A stretch of DNA of 64,000 bases from Cyanophyceae cyanobacterium (GCA_038321985.1 JBBQFN010000026.1:1-64000); one strand, 5' to 3'. Positions 1 to 11,900 are shown, counted from the first letter of the stretch. The notes: generated from the sequence alone by a model not told the origin. Made by a program: numbers and translations.

Positions 1-1
1 T

Positions 2-148
<147 letters not shown>

Positions 149-204
149 ATTTTAACTGAAGATCGGACATCCTATATACGCGACATATAGCTTGTCTGTC
201 ATAT

Positions 205-235
205 AAAAAGCGCCCCTGTACAGGGGCGCTTTTTT
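205..235 (+). terminator. Intrinsic terminator after psbA
   Basis: AAAAAGCGCCCCTG-TA-CAGGGGCGCTTTTTT perfect stem followed by T tract. Confidence 0.9.
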
Positions 236-879
236 ATTGGGTATATTTAAGTAACGTTTGCGTGGGAGCCGAGCTATCGGTGCTTAAAAGGGCTCAAAAA
301 TTCTGAAAGTGGCGAGGGATGTTATCGATCGCCCGGTCGAATGGGAAGTGCGAAAACACGAGGATAATTTTCTACACAAAGTATCCTGATGGGAGGTTAG
401 AAAGGAAGTCGAGAAAGAAACAGATTCCCTGACCCCTTCATGGGCAGTCGCACTACCGAGTTAAAGAGAAACGGGTTACAAGGGGCGATCGCAAAAAATT
501 TTGAGGGGTTTTATTAGAAAAAATTCAGTGAAAAAATACCGGATAAACGTTAATTATTCGCTCTTAAATTAGGGTAGAAAATAGCTCACAAAAACCGGAT
601 ATAACGATGCGCTGCCTTTAGCAATTCAGAAAAAAAACTGAGGGGCTGATGGAAATTCCCCTCGAACCGAGGAATGAACCCAGATAAAGGAGCAATGCTC
701 TGTTTGATAGGCACAAATTGGAGTAAATTTTTCCTCAACCTTGCTCATTGAGCGTGAGGCGATCGCCCGAAACTTCCCCCATCCCCAGTCCTCACTCCTC
801 AAGAAGGGGGCGCTTGGGGCTGACGAAACGGTGCAGTTTCGGATAAAATACAAGTTCTAACGCGGTTTGAGCATCAATC

Positions 880-1992
880 ATGGGAAACACTTTCGGGCAT
901 CTGTTTCGAGTCACCACATTTGGAGAATCCCACGGTGGGGGTGTAGGCGTCGTTATTGATGGATGCCCACCGCAACTTGACATTACCGAAGCAGAAATTC
1001 AAGTCGAACTAGACCGGCGACGACCGGGACAAAGTAAAATTACTACACCTCGCAAAGAATTAGACACCTGCGAAATTGTCTCCGGCGTTTTTGAGGGGAA
1101 AACCCTAGGGACGCCGATTAGTATCTTGGTGCGAAACAAGGATGTCCGGTCCCAGGACTATAACGAAATGACGGACACCTACCGTCCCTCCCATGCCGAT
1201 GCGACTTATGATGCCAAATATGGGATCCGCAACTGGCAAGGGGGAGGGCGATCGTCGGCGCGGGAGACGATTGGCAGAGTTGCTGCGGGTGCGATCGCCA
1301 AGAAAATCCTCCACCAAGTCGCTGGAGTCGAAATTATCGGCTACGTTAAGCGCATCAAAGACTTAGAAGGCGTCATCGACCCCAACCAAGTCACCCTAGC
1401 AGAAGTCGAAAGCAATATCGTGCGCTGTCCCGACTCCGAATGTGCCGATCGCATGATCGAACTGATCGAACGAATCGGGCGGGAAGGGGATTCTACAGGT
1501 GGCGTCGTCGAATGCGTCGCGCGTCACGTTCCCAAAGGGTTGGGAATGCCAGTTTTCGACAAGCTAGAAGCGGATCTAGCCAAAGGGGTAATGTCTCTGC
1601 CTGCGAGTAAAGGATTTGAAATCGGGTCCGGATTTGCCGGGACCCTAATGACAGGTAGCGAGCATAATGACGAATTTTATATCGATGATGCCGGGGAAAT
1701 TCGCACCCGAACCAATCGATCTGGAGGGATTCAAGGCGGAATTTCCAACGGAGAAAATATTATTATTCGAGTTGCCTTTAAACCAACTGCTACAATTCGC
1801 AAAGAACAGCGCACGGTAAATAGCTTAGGCGAAGAAACCCTCCTAGCGGCTAAAGGACGGCATGACCCCTGCGTTTTACCTAGAGCCGTGCCAATGGTAG
1901 AAGCGATGATGGCGTTAGTGCTTTGCGATCACCTCTTGCGCCATCAGGGTCAAACCGGCACATTGACCGCAAAACTCGGTCAAGCGGGGTAA
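880..1992 (+). CDS. aroC: Chorismate synthase
   Basis: [38 protein letters not shown] signatures. Confidence 0.98.
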   Translation: MGNTFGHLFRVTTFGESHGGGVGVVIDGCPPQLDITEAEIQVELDRRRPGQSKITTPRKELDTCEIVSGVFEGKTLGTPISILVRNKDVRSQDYNEMTDTYRPSHADATYDAKYGIRNWQGGGRSSARETIGRVAAGAIAKKILHQVAGVEIIGYVKRIKDLEGVIDPNQVTLAEVESNIVRCPDSECADRMIELIERIGREGDSTGGVVECVARHVPKGLGMPVFDKLEADLAKGVMSLPASKGFEIGSGFAGTLMTGSEHNDEFYIDDAGEIRTRTNRSGGIQGGISNGENIIIRVAFKPTATIRKEQRTVNSLGEETLLAAKGRHDPCVLPRAVPMVEAMMALVLCDHLLRHQGQTGTLTAKLGQAG

Positions 1993-2120
1993 TACTTACC
2001 TGCATCAACGGGTTCATCGAAAGATCGAGGTATCGGGCGATCGCCATTCTGTCCCCGATTTCATCATTTACACGCTTAATGTTAGTTCCACTTGTTAAAA
2101 TAAAAAACCTGAGAGCCTGT

Positions 2121-2993
2121 ATGGAAACGAACCCTTCCTCTGAGTTTGTTGTCCAATTCTGGGGCGTTCGAGGCAGTATTCCGACCCCCGGAAAGGACAC
2201 TGTTCGCTATGGAGGCAATACCTCCTGTGTGGAAATGCGAATTGGTGGAAAACGTCTGATTTTTGATGGTGGCACAGGATTGCAGGTTTTAGGACAAACC
2301 TTGCAAAAAGAAATGCCCCTAGAAGCCTATATGTTTTTTACCCATTACCACTGGGATCACATTCAGGGATTTCCCTTTTTTACTCCGGCTTTTATTCGGG
2401 GAAACTGTCTGCACATTCATGGATCGGTTCCCCTGGATGCCGAATCGATGCAACAGCATTTTATTGAGAGAATTCTCCATCCTAATTCCCCAGTTCCTCT
2501 AGAGGGAATGCAGGCAGATTTGAGATTTTCGGAAATGGTTTGTGGTGAACCTTTTTATCTCGATGATATTTACTTTGAAACCGGCCCCTTAAATCATCCG
2601 AATAGAGCAATGGGATATCGAGTGACTTATCAGGGTCATACGGTATTTTACTGTACGGATACGGAACATTTTCCCGATCACATGGATGAAACTGTTTTGC
2701 ATCTAGCTCGCAATGCGGACTTGTTGATTTATGATGCCATGTACAGTGATGCGGAATATAATAATCCCAAATCTCCCAAACATGGTTGGGGACATTCCAC
2801 CTGGGAAGAAGCGGTCCGAGTTGCCAAAGCTGCTGGGGTGAAAAAGCTAGTAATTTTCCACCACGATCCGAGTCACAATGATGAGTTTCTAGATAAATTG
2901 GACATGGATGTTAAGGCAGAATTTCCTAACTCAGTTCTCGCTCGGGAAGGGTTGGTTTTAGATGTATGTGAAACCGTTTTAGCCGCCGTATAA
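2121..2993 (+). CDS. MBL-fold metallo-hydrolase
   Basis: FWGVRGS, GGNTSC, THYHWDHIQG (HxHxDH), GWGHST, HHDP; start placed at ATG 2121. Confidence 0.9.
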   Translation: METNPSSEFVVQFWGVRGSIPTPGKDTVRYGGNTSCVEMRIGGKRLIFDGGTGLQVLGQTLQKEMPLEAYMFFTHYHWDHIQGFPFFTPAFIRGNCLHIHGSVPLDAESMQQHFIERILHPNSPVPLEGMQADLRFSEMVCGEPFYLDDIYFETGPLNHPNRAMGYRVTYQGHTVFYCTDTEHFPDHMDETVLHLARNADLLIYDAMYSDAEYNNPKSPKHGWGHSTWEEAVRVAKAAGVKKLVIFHHDPSHNDEFLDKLDMDVKAEFPNSVLAREGLVLDVCETVLAAV

Positions 2994-3376
2994 GCTGCTA
3001 GATAAACTGGCGATCGCCAGGGAAGATTTCCTGAGATTTTCCCTTGAATGAAGCTAGAAAGTCTGGGTATTTTGACAACAATTCCCTCTCTATTGTAAGC
3101 GAGGGAATTTTATTTTGAAATTCCAAAATACTGGAAAGGTGAGCCTACAAAAATACGCTAATGCCCTTCCGAGTCTGGAGGCGATCGGGCGACACCTCCC
3201 TGGGTTGGCTAAAGTTTAAAATAATCTTTTACTAACTAGATTGGGTATATTGAGAATAATTTAAAAGTATTTTAACCATTTTTTTGTTTTTTCTCTACAA
3301 TAGTGATAAAGTAGCGCACCGAAACTTGTCTCTTCGTCCAACAGTCTTCCCTCAAAATTAACCCTAGGTTGCTAAG

Positions 3377-5386
3377 ATGAAACTCATCTGGAATTCTTGG
3401 CTCATTACCCTTAGCTTGGTACTTCCCCTTGCAACCCCTGCACTTGCGGAGTTACCCGTTACATCTACATCCCCATTAGCACAAGCTAACACCGAAACCC
3501 GACCCACCTTACCCTCCAGCGAACCCACCTCAGAAACAGAATCGGAGAATCCGCTACCGGAGGAAGAGAACCCGAAACCCACCCCTACCGAAACCTCCGA
3601 TGAGGAAGAGGAGGCTTCCGAAGAGTCCACCGTAGATTCCCAAGAAGAGGAAGAGAACCTGGAATCCACCCCGACGGAAACCTCCGATGAGGAAGAGGAA
3701 GAGAACCGGGAATCCACCCCTACCGAAACCTCCGATGAGGAAGAGGAGGCTTCCGAAGAGTCCACCCTAGATCCCGAAGAAGCAGCCAAACAAGCCGAGA
3801 AACGCCGCCATTTAGAGTTGTTGGCAGAAGCCGATCGCCTTTATATTGCCGGAGATATTACCGCTGCCGAGGAACTTTATCAGCAGGTGAAACCGCCCTT
3901 TTTTGAGAATGGGAAACAAGCGGCGATCTCCACGCTACCGGAACCCCTCACCGATTCCGAACAACTGTCCCCCGCCTCTAGAGTCTACTGGCGTGAAGCA
4001 CAAGCCGGTTGGGAAAATAAGCTCGAATCTCGCATCTTTGTCCCCCTAGAATTCCTGGTGGAAGCCTCACCGGAATTTCTTCCGGGACATTTATTACTTG
4101 CAGAAGCTCATACCGCCTACGAAGAACCAGAAAAAGCCGTTGAAGTCTTAGAAAGAGCTACCACATTTTATCCGAATAATCCCGAATTGTTGCGGATGAA
4201 AATCGACGCCCTTGCCGCGACAGAACAATGGTTAGAAGCGTCGATCGCCGCCCGACAATTTGCCATTCTCAACCCCGATCATCCCGATACGGAAGAATTT
4301 GCCACCTTAGCTGAAGAAAACTTTGGAAGATTTCGGGGTTATATCCGTAAATTAATCGCTGGAAATGCGATCGGAAATGTCGTCACCGGGGCGATCGGCG
4401 TTGCCTTAACCGGAAATCCCCTCGGTGCACTTTCTGCTGTTGAAACCTTAGTTATGTTAGCCAGAGGAGAATCGGCGATCGGCAGAAGTGTCGCCAATCA
4501 AGCTGTAGAAGAATTAGAAATGGTGGAAGATGAAGAAATCGTCGCGTATGTTCAAGAACTTGGACAAAAACTTGCCAAAGTTTCGGGACGCGAGGATTTT
4601 GAGTACGAGTTTTATGTAATTCACGATAAAAATCTTAACGCTTTTGCACTCCCCGGGGGTAAAATCTTCGTCAATTCCGGTGCTATTCTTCACAGTGATA
4701 CGGAAGCACAATTAGCCGGTTTAATCACCCACGAACTTGCTCATGCAGTCCTTTCTCACGGCTTTCAAATGGTGACTCATGGCAATTTAATCAGCAATAT
4801 GGCAAGGTATGTACCCTTTGGTGGCACATTAGCCAACCTGCTAGTGCTTGATTACAGCCGGGATATGGAACAACAAGCCGATGTACTGGGGACCCGATTG
4901 CTCACTTCTGCTGGTTATGCCGCTGATGGCTTGCGAAATTTGATGGTGAAACTCAAAGAACAATATGGGGAAGGAAGTTCTTTTTGGAAATTCATGTCCT
5001 CTCACCCGCCAACAAAAGAGCGGATTTCTGATCTCGAAACCCTGATTGAGAGGGGGGGGTATAATCGCTTTGCCTATGAAGGGGTGGAACGACATCAAGA
5101 AATGCGTCAGCGGGTGGCTGAATTGCTCAGAGAAGAACTCTCAAAGGAAGATTTAGTTAAGCTGGATATTGAATTAAAGGAAGTGGAAATGGAAGAACCC
5201 GAAGGGGAAGAAGTAGAGTCCGATGAGGATGATGTGAACTCAGAAGGGAACTCACAAGAGGAAGAAGTAGAGTCCGATGAGGATGATGTGAATTCGCAAG
5301 AGGAAGAAGTAGAGTCCGAGGAGGATGTGAACCCGGAAGGGGAAGAAGTAGAGTCCGAGGATGAGGAGGACCAAGAGGAGAAATAA
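3377..5386 (+). CDS. Secreted M48-family metallopeptidase with TPR-like region and acidic low-complexity ends
   Basis: Signal peptide; NAFALPGG, HELAH, EQQAD, SSHP motifs. Confidence 0.9.
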   Translation: MKLIWNSWLITLSLVLPLATPALAELPVTSTSPLAQANTETRPTLPSSEPTSETESENPLPEEENPKPTPTETSDEEEEASEESTVDSQEEEENLESTPTETSDEEEEENRESTPTETSDEEEEASEESTLDPEEAAKQAEKRRHLELLAEADRLYIAGDITAAEELYQQVKPPFFENGKQAAISTLPEPLTDSEQLSPASRVYWREAQAGWENKLESRIFVPLEFLVEASPEFLPGHLLLAEAHTAYEEPEKAVEVLERATTFYPNNPELLRMKIDALAATEQWLEASIAARQFAILNPDHPDTEEFATLAEENFGRFRGYIRKLIAGNAIGNVVTGAIGVALTGNPLGALSAVETLVMLARGESAIGRSVANQAVEELEMVEDEEIVAYVQELGQKLAKVSGREDFEYEFYVIHDKNLNAFALPGGKIFVNSGAILHSDTEAQLAGLITHELAHAVLSHGFQMVTHGNLISNMARYVPFGGTLANLLVLDYSRDMEQQADVLGTRLLTSAGYAADGLRNLMVKLKEQYGEGSSFWKFMSSHPPTKERISDLETLIERGGYNRFAYEGVERHQEMRQRVAELLREELSKEDLVKLDIELKEVEMEEPEGEEVESDEDDVNSEGNSQEEEVESDEDDVNSQEEEVESEEDVNPEGEEVESEDEEDQEEK

Positions 5387-5514
5387 GGATCAATGGTTGA
5401 ATGTTCGTAGTAACGACTTCAGTCGTTATAATCCGATGTTCGTAGTCACGCCTCCCTATTGAATACGAACTGGGAAACACCAGTTTTCTAGTCAATGAGG
5501 AGGTGTGCTACAAA

Positions 5515-6051
5515 TTAACGAACAGGTTGGAAACGTTCTACAAAATTCAACCAACTGTCGATTTTATTGCCTTCAATTTTTAAAATTGGCACGTTTACAG
5601 TTTGGGTAACTCTACCCGTTAAGCGAGGTCCAAATCGGGTAATAGAGGTGGGTTCAGCTCTCCCCACACCGTAAGATTGGCGAATATCATCAGCCAAAGC
5701 GCAAGTAATCTCAAATCCTCCCATATCTACAGAACCATTTCCTGCTTTGTATTGCCAAAACATGAAACCTTCCCGAGACCCTCTACACTCCCAAATGGTC
5801 ACTTCAAACATTTTGGCAATGTGGAGTTCATATCGACGTAAGCGGCTATCATTGCCATAGGCTGGAGTGGTTGTATTTGTATCTGGGACAATTAACTCGC
5901 CAGAACCGCCGTGCTCTGCACTCCCGACACCCATGCTAAATATACTGGTAATGGGAAAATCTTGAGCCAATCCCAAAGGCGCGATCGCCATCAGTGCAGC
6001 AGTCAGCGTCACCGAGTTTAGTAAGGTAGCAATTTTCCAGAAATTTTTCAT
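5515..6051 (-). CDS. Hypothetical secreted protein
   Basis: MKNFWKIATLL...GLAQD signal-peptide-like N-terminus; 178-aa ORF. Confidence 0.65.
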   Translation of the reverse strand: MKNFWKIATLLNSVTLTAALMAIAPLGLAQDFPITSIFSMGVGSAEHGGSGELIVPDTNTTTPAYGNDSRLRRYELHIAKMFEVTIWECRGSREGFMFWQYKAGNGSVDMGGFEITCALADDIRQSYGVGRAEPTSITRFGPRLTGRVTQTVNVPILKIEGNKIDSWLNFVERFQPVR

Positions 6052-6427
6052 CGGTTTGCCTCGAAGGAAATAAAGCATACTCCCAAGGCGAACTCTCCAT
6101 TGATAAAGATTTCGCACGGCAGCAGGCGTTCTAAAGTGGAAAGCCTTTCTCAACGTTGCTTAGTGGCAATATATCATAACTTGGACTCGTCCATAGGCCG
6201 GAAGTTAAGAAAAATTAATAAAACTTTAAAATTCAAAAAAATAGATATGAATTTTATTTTAAAAATTGCATTGTTCTCCTCTGGATTTTCCACGTCACAA
6301 CTACAGTCGTGATATTGAATAAAAATTGCTTTAAGAACTAAAATACAGCTATATTTAATGAGTTTAAAGAATCATTAAATATAGCTATACTGGGAGATTG
6401 ATATAATTTTTTAGTTGTCAAATAGAA

Positions 6428-7135
6428 TTAAACTGTTTTATTTAATTCTGTCTTGGGTTGAATTTTATCGGCTAAAATTTGATAACACTCACTCACGGCG
6501 AGGCGCTGCTCCATTGCAGTGACTAACGCTTGATAGGCCTCTAAATTTGCTTCAATCAGGGTTTTGGCTTGCAAAATTGCCCACCGTTCCTTCAGTTGAG
6601 CATCGGTGGGAGATTTGCGGTTTTGAGCTAAAATTGCTTTTAATTTCGTTCTATCTTCTGCACCGCCTTCGGCACGATTATACGCTAAGGTTTCAGCGGC
6701 AATGCCTGCCATCCAGACGATACAGTACCGATCAAATAATTGCGCGGATAGACTGCCTTGTTCAAGTTCTGCTAGAAGTTCTCGATCGCCAAATTGAACG
6801 CCACCACCAGCGGATTGTCCTTGTTTAAAGGCTTCCCAGGCATTTAAGGCATAGCTGGTGATGGGAATGTCTAACAAATAGGCGGCTAAAAAATGACCGG
6901 CTTCGTGACGCACAACACGCGATCGATGGTCCTCGGACATTCCCGCAAACACATCAACGATTAGGGTTGCTCCTTTTCCTTGCCACCCCAGGGTATCGAG
7001 GGTAAAAAATCCTAGCATACTCGCCGTGGCGATCGCACCAATTAAAGGAGATAGCTCTAGGATGGGTCCGAGCAATACTGAAAGAGTCATCAAAAAAACT
7101 GAAATAGCAACCAGATTAAGAGCAGTTTGACTCAT
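6428..7135 (-). CDS. Membrane-anchored Zn protease, FtsH M41 peptidase domain-like, no AAA domain
   Basis: Two TM helices, RHEAGH, MAGIAAE, GGAED. Confidence 0.85.
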   Translation of the reverse strand: MSQTALNLVAISVFLMTLSVLLGPILELSPLIGAIATASMLGFFTLDTLGWQGKGATLIVDVFAGMSEDHRSRVVRHEAGHFLAAYLLDIPITSYALNAWEAFKQGQSAGGGVQFGDRELLAELEQGSLSAQLFDRYCIVWMAGIAAETLAYNRAEGGAEDRTKLKAILAQNRKSPTDAQLKERWAILQAKTLIEANLEAYQALVTAMEQRLAVSECYQILADKIQPKTELNKTV

Positions 7136-7193
7136 GATTTAGGTTTTGTGCGCAGGAGTAGCAAGAATTTAGGGTGAGCATGAAAGGAAAAAT

Positions 7194-8024
7194 TCAGTTA
7201 GGGGGGGGAGCGCCTTGTACTTCCTGGGTTCGGGCTTTATAAAACGTTTCGAGACTGTCGCGATCGCCGACAAATCTCCAGTGCCAAGGTTCATAAGTCA
7301 CCCCTTGAGTATTCCCTTCTGGAAAGGATATCTCAAAACTATAATAGGCTGCATTCTCTTTCATCCATTGGAAGGCGGGAGTATTTTCAAAGTTAGGACT
7401 TAAATCCGTTGCCGGAAGATTAGCATCCCCAATATCTACCGCATAGCCAGTATGATGTTCGCTATACCCTGGAGGTGCGCTAACTTCGGCACGTTCCGTG
7501 GTCACCTCTCCCCGTTGCGCCTTCACCTCAAAAAAGAGATATTTCTGGTCTTCTTCGCTGCGAAATCCAGAAATCGGCACTAGATAAACCCCTTGGGATT
7601 GAGCAGCCTCTTTCATGTCCAAAAAAGCTCTAGCTGCTGCTTGGCGCATCAGGAGGCTCCCATCATTGGAAATCGGCTGAAGGTCTTCGGGAGGGGCTTC
7701 TTTATAGGGTAAGTGACCGAGCAGAGTCTCCGTTGTGCTTACGTTGGGGTCGGGGGTAGCATTAGGGTCCGGGGAGCCAGATTGACCGCTTTGAGCGAGT
7801 TCTGAGTTATTACTAAATCCCGGAATTCCCCCTTGCCATGCCACCAGGGCCCCGGAGATGAGGGCCATCACCCCCGCAATGACGGCGATCGCTATCCATT
7901 GACCCGATTTTGACCTCTTAGCGGCAGAGAGGCTCTCGGAGCTATCTCTGACGGCTTGCGGAATGTCCTCTCCCATAAATGTCGAGGTTTTCGACGGTTG
8001 TTCTGACACACGTGCCTTATCCAA
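7194..8024 (-). CDS. D-alanyl-D-alanine carboxypeptidase (M15B/VanY family)
   Basis: ISGFRS, APPGYSEHHTGYAVD, YEPWHWRF; N-terminal TM anchor. Confidence 0.92.
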   Translation of the reverse strand: MDKARVSEQPSKTSTFMGEDIPQAVRDSSESLSAAKRSKSGQWIAIAVIAGVMALISGALVAWQGGIPGFSNNSELAQSGQSGSPDPNATPDPNVSTTETLLGHLPYKEAPPEDLQPISNDGSLLMRQAAARAFLDMKEAAQSQGVYLVPISGFRSEEDQKYLFFEVKAQRGEVTTERAEVSAPPGYSEHHTGYAVDIGDANLPATDLSPNFENTPAFQWMKENAAYYSFEISFPEGNTQGVTYEPWHWRFVGDRDSLETFYKARTQEVQGAPPPN

Positions 8025-8671
8025 TGACTCGACTCCTACAGGTTGACTCTGATTTCCTAAACTATGATATTAAACGTCTGCGGAAGCGTTGATGGATCGT
8101 TGGACGGATCCCTTTTGGGTTGAGCTTCCCTATCCCTTACGGGGTTAAAAAAGCATTCTACCGAATCCTTGTAGATCGGGACCGACTCAGATGCATAAGC
8201 TACTTTATGCGTCTGCTTCTCGGTTCCGGGCTTAGGCAGTGGGCCTTAAGCGCGATCGCCCTCAGACTCCTGCATCCCTTGCTCTATTTTACGACTTACA
8301 AAACTTCTTGAAGAATTTTCGTAGATTTAGCGTCCAGTGCTACGGATTGAACCCTCCGTTCTATGGTAAAATCATTCCCCAATTCCTGAATAATGGGCTT
8401 TATCTTTAATTTTTTAAACTCTTATTCGGCCTTTACTCCCCAAGGGTAATTCCACTTTTTATTTTATCCTTTAATCCGACTTAATAGCTTCTGTAAATAA
8501 TAAAATATAGCTTATTTTAAATATTTTTACAAGAGGAGAAAGAACTAGGAGATTCTACCTCGAGCACCCCAATTGCGAGGTAGAAGCTCCCACCCTTTAA
8601 AAACTTATCTCTTGGATTTAGACTCGCTCTATCCCGCAACTCCATGAAAACTAATCCTACTTTAAATTATT

Positions 8672-9640
8672 ATGCTCCTTCTAGGAACTCACCTTCTAAA
8701 ACTGTACCTCCAACTCGGGGGATTAGCCTTATTGGGATTCATTTTGGGTCGGCTGTTGCCGCCTAAAATCCCTATTTATATCGGTAAATTTTTGTTTTGG
8801 ATTGGCGTGCCGGTGGGGGTAATTGCCTTCGTTCGACGCTCGGATTTATCGGGGTCGATGTGGTTAGCACCGGCAGTCGCCTGGTTAGCTATTCTTCTGG
8901 GGGTAGGATTAAGCTGGATCTGGCTCAGAAGTAAAGCCCATCCCCTCTCTACTTCCCCAGGATCCGGGCGATCGCTGTGGTCTCAACAACCCACCCAAGG
9001 CAGTTTTGTCTTAGCCGCAATGGTCGGAAATACTGGCTTTATTGGTTATCCTGTCACCTTGGCATTAGTGGGAGAACAATATTTTGCCTGGGCGCTATTT
9101 TACGATCTTCTGGGTACGGTTATCGGTGCGTATGGGTTAGGTGCGCTGTTAGCCGCTCGGTTTGGAGAAGGGTCTAAAAGCTATCAGCAGTTTGTCAATG
9201 CAATCCTCTACAATCCCACCCTGTGGAGTTTAGGATTAGGCTTATGGGTGCGAGAGTGGCCGCTACCTGCCGTACTAGAACAAAGTTTACAACACTTTGC
9301 CTGGAGTGCGATCGCCTTGTCTCTGATTCTCTGTGGCATGAGACTTAGCCAATTACACTCCTGGAGTAGTCTCAAACCCGCTTCAGTTAGTCTAATCATT
9401 AAAATGCTAATCGTGCCATTATTCCTGGGCATTAGCCTTTCCTTCTGGGGAATCGATCGCCCTGCGCTGCTAGTTCTGGTGTTACAAATGGCAATGCCGC
9501 CTGCTTTTGCCACCCTCGTTTTGGCTGAAACTTACAATCTCGATTGTGATTTAGCGGTTACTGCTCTTGGACTCGGTTCGATTGGTTTATTATTCACCCT
9601 TCCAGTGTGGGTATTAATATTTGGTATCCCCCCAGTTTAA
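8672..9640 (+). CDS. AEC (auxin efflux carrier) family transporter
   Basis: About 10 TM helices, GNTGFIGYP, NP, QMAMPPA. Confidence 0.88.
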   Translation: MLLLGTHLLKLYLQLGGLALLGFILGRLLPPKIPIYIGKFLFWIGVPVGVIAFVRRSDLSGSMWLAPAVAWLAILLGVGLSWIWLRSKAHPLSTSPGSGRSLWSQQPTQGSFVLAAMVGNTGFIGYPVTLALVGEQYFAWALFYDLLGTVIGAYGLGALLAARFGEGSKSYQQFVNAILYNPTLWSLGLGLWVREWPLPAVLEQSLQHFAWSAIALSLILCGMRLSQLHSWSSLKPASVSLIIKMLIVPLFLGISLSFWGIDRPALLVLVLQMAMPPAFATLVLAETYNLDCDLAVTALGLGSIGLLFTLPVWVLIFGIPPV

Positions 9641-9744
9641 GCCGCTAAATTGAAGGAAATTAAAGGAATGAAAAAGGACAGGCTGCTGCCCTGTCCCTCA
9701 GAAAATTTGCCCTTGAATTTCTTTGCTAATTTCCTCATTCTGGA

Positions 9745-10266
9745 TTAGCTGGCTACACTTTGATAAGCCTGGGCTAATTGCTGCGGCGTCACTTTTTCAT
9801 AGCCTTCAAAGGGTTGATGAATCCAGGGATTATCCGTTAGGTAATCCACGTAGTAATCCGGTTTAATATCCGAACAGGCTTTATACCAAAGGACCGCAGT
9901 GCGAATTTCTTGAACTTGATTCTGGTAATGGCGATGAAGCCAATCTTTGGTTTCCCGTAGAGAGATGCCGGTATCTACAAGGTCATCTACCAATAAGACA
10001 TTAGGGCCGAGGTTCTCATCGATCGCCGTTAAGTGGCGGGCAATCTTCAAGGAACCTCGGTGTTGTCCGTTAGTGCCACCATAAGAGGCGGTGGAGACAA
10101 TCCCTAAAGGGCGATCGTAAATCCGGGCTAAGATATCCCCAACCCGAAGTCCACCTTTGGCAATACAAACGATCTGGTCAAAATGCCAATTGGACTGATA
10201 AATTTGGACTGCAAGCTGCTCTATTTTTTGGTGGTACTCGGACCAGCCGATGTGAAGGTCACGCAT
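9745..10266 (-). CDS. Phosphoribosyltransferase (purine PRT-like)
   Basis: IAKGG, VLLVDDLVDTGISL PRPP-binding motif, WIHQPFE. Confidence 0.9.
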   Translation of the reverse strand: MRDLHIGWSEYHQKIEQLAVQIYQSNWHFDQIVCIAKGGLRVGDILARIYDRPLGIVSTASYGGTNGQHRGSLKIARHLTAIDENLGPNVLLVDDLVDTGISLRETKDWLHRHYQNQVQEIRTAVLWYKACSDIKPDYYVDYLTDNPWIHQPFEGYEKVTPQQLAQAYQSVAS

Positions 10267-10466
10267 GGGGGCAATTTTTTTAACAGTAGCAACAGGAAGC
10301 ACGAACAAAGGTAATAGATCACGATAGCATAGAATTTACGGGCTGTATCGTATGCCACAATACAGAAAAGCGCCGTGCAATTTGGCTGATCACTTGTGCT
10401 TGTTCCCGTCCTCCTCCAGCAATTGCAGAAATCTCGCAACGCTTATTCCTCCGGAAAAAAAAGTCC

Positions 10467-11900
10467 ATGAATCACTCGTCTCATTCCGATCCTGCTTCCG
10501 ATACATCCCTGATCGAAAAACTCAGTATCTCCACGAAACTAGCTTATGGTGCTGGAGATATGGGGGCTGGAATCACGACGATTTTAATCTCGTTTACCCT
10601 ACTGATATTTTTAACTGAGGTCGCGGGTTTAGACCCCGGATTGGCAGGAACAGTCCTGATGATTGGTAAGGTGTGGGATGCCATCAATGACCCGGTGATC
10701 GGGATGTTGAGCGATCGCACTCGCTCTCGGTGGGGACGTAGGCGATCGTGGATGCTATTTGGGTCGCTGCCCTTTGGTCTGGCTTTTTTCCTGCATTGGC
10801 TGGTACCTCACTTCAGCCCCGATCCCCAGGTGAATCAATGGGCGCTATTTGGCTATTATGTAATGGTAGGCATTTTCTTCCAAACTGCTTACACAGCGGT
10901 TAATCTACCTTATACAGCTCTCACTCCCGAACTCACTCAGGATTATAATGAGCGTACCAGTCTCAACAGCTTTCGTTTTGCATTCTCCATTGGCGGTAGT
11001 ATCTTAGCCCTGCTTCTGGGTGTAGTTTTAACGCAACTGATTCCTGACCAGAAGCAGATGTATGCCACCCTCGGGGGTATTTGTGCGATTCTGGCGGTTC
11101 TGCCCCTCTACTGGTGCGTATTTGGAACCCGAGAACGGTATCAAACCCCATCAGACCCGACAAGTTTATCTTTAATTTCTCAGTTAAAAATTGCCCTGAG
11201 CAATCGTCCGTTTCAGTTTGTTATTGGTATTTATCTATTTTCCTGGTTAGCCCTGCAATTAACTACGGCAATTCTTCCCTATTTTGTAGTCAGTTGGATG
11301 CGCCGCGATTCCTTTTTTGAAGTGGCTTTAATCGTGCAAGTTGTGGCGATTATCATGCTATTTGTCTGGAGTGCTCTGAGCCGTTCATGGGGGAGAAAAA
11401 CGGTTTATTTTATGGGGATGGGATTTTGGATTATTGCTCAGGCGGGACTTTTCTTTTTACCCCGCGATCGCACCGATTTGATGTTTTTTCTAGCCATGCT
11501 CGCTGGGGTGGGAGTGGCAACCGCTTATTTGGTTCCTTGGTCGATGCTCACGGATGTGATTGATTTAGATGAATTAAATACCGGCCAGCGTCGGGAAGGA
11601 ATCTTCTATTCCTTTATGGTTTTTTTACAAAAATTAGGGTTAGGTCTTGGTATTTTCTTGGTGGGACAAGCACTCAAGTGGTCGGGGTTCGTAGAATCAG
11701 CGGGGAGTGCCACGATTCCCGTACAACCAGACTCGGCTTTGTTCGCTATTCGGATAGCAATTGGACCCCTGCCTACGCTCTTGTTAATGGGGGGTTTAAT
11801 TTTGGCTTATTTCTATCCTCTAAGCCGGGAAGTTCATGCCGCTATCTTATTACAGCTTTATGAACGTAAGCACAAGGCGGGGTTGAAGGGTGCGGAATGA
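10467..11900 (+). CDS. GPH/MelB-like MFS sugar:cation symporter
   Basis: KLAYGAGD, WDAINDP, SDRTRSRWGRRR, YNERTSLNSFR, QRREG. Confidence 0.92.
   Translation: MNHSSHSDPASDTSLIEKLSISTKLAYGAGDMGAGITTILISFTLLIFLTEVAGLDPGLAGTVLMIGKVWDAINDPVIGMLSDRTRSRWGRRRSWMLFGSLPFGLAFFLHWLVPHFSPDPQVNQWALFGYYVMVGIFFQTAYTAVNLPYTALTPELTQDYNERTSLNSFRFAFSIGGSILALLLGVVLTQLIPDQKQMYATLGGICAILAVLPLYWCVFGTRERYQTPSDPTSLSLISQLKIALSNRPFQFVIGIYLFSWLALQLTTAILPYFVVSWMRRDSFFEVALIVQVVAIIMLFVWSALSRSWGRKTVYFMGMGFWIIAQAGLFFLPRDRTDLMFFLAMLAGVGVATAYLVPWSMLTDVIDLDELNTGQRREGIFYSFMVFLQKLGLGLGIFLVGQALKWSGFVESAGSATIPVQPDSALFAIRIAIGPLPTLLLMGGLILAYFYPLSREVHAAILLQLYERKHKAGLKGAE

Noticed and set aside
1923..2120. Long N-terminal extensions in the ORF track (MBL hydrolase; also 11962-12210 and 30429-30482)
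   Set aside because: They overlap upstream genes or intergenic DNA; family-like sequence starts at later ATGs
5403..5427. GTTCGTAGTAACGACTTCAGTCGTT, also at 44752-44776, and GGACACGGC-type palindromes near 42216, 54140, 55245
   Set aside because: Short dispersed intergenic repeats common in cyanobacteria; not CRISPR-related
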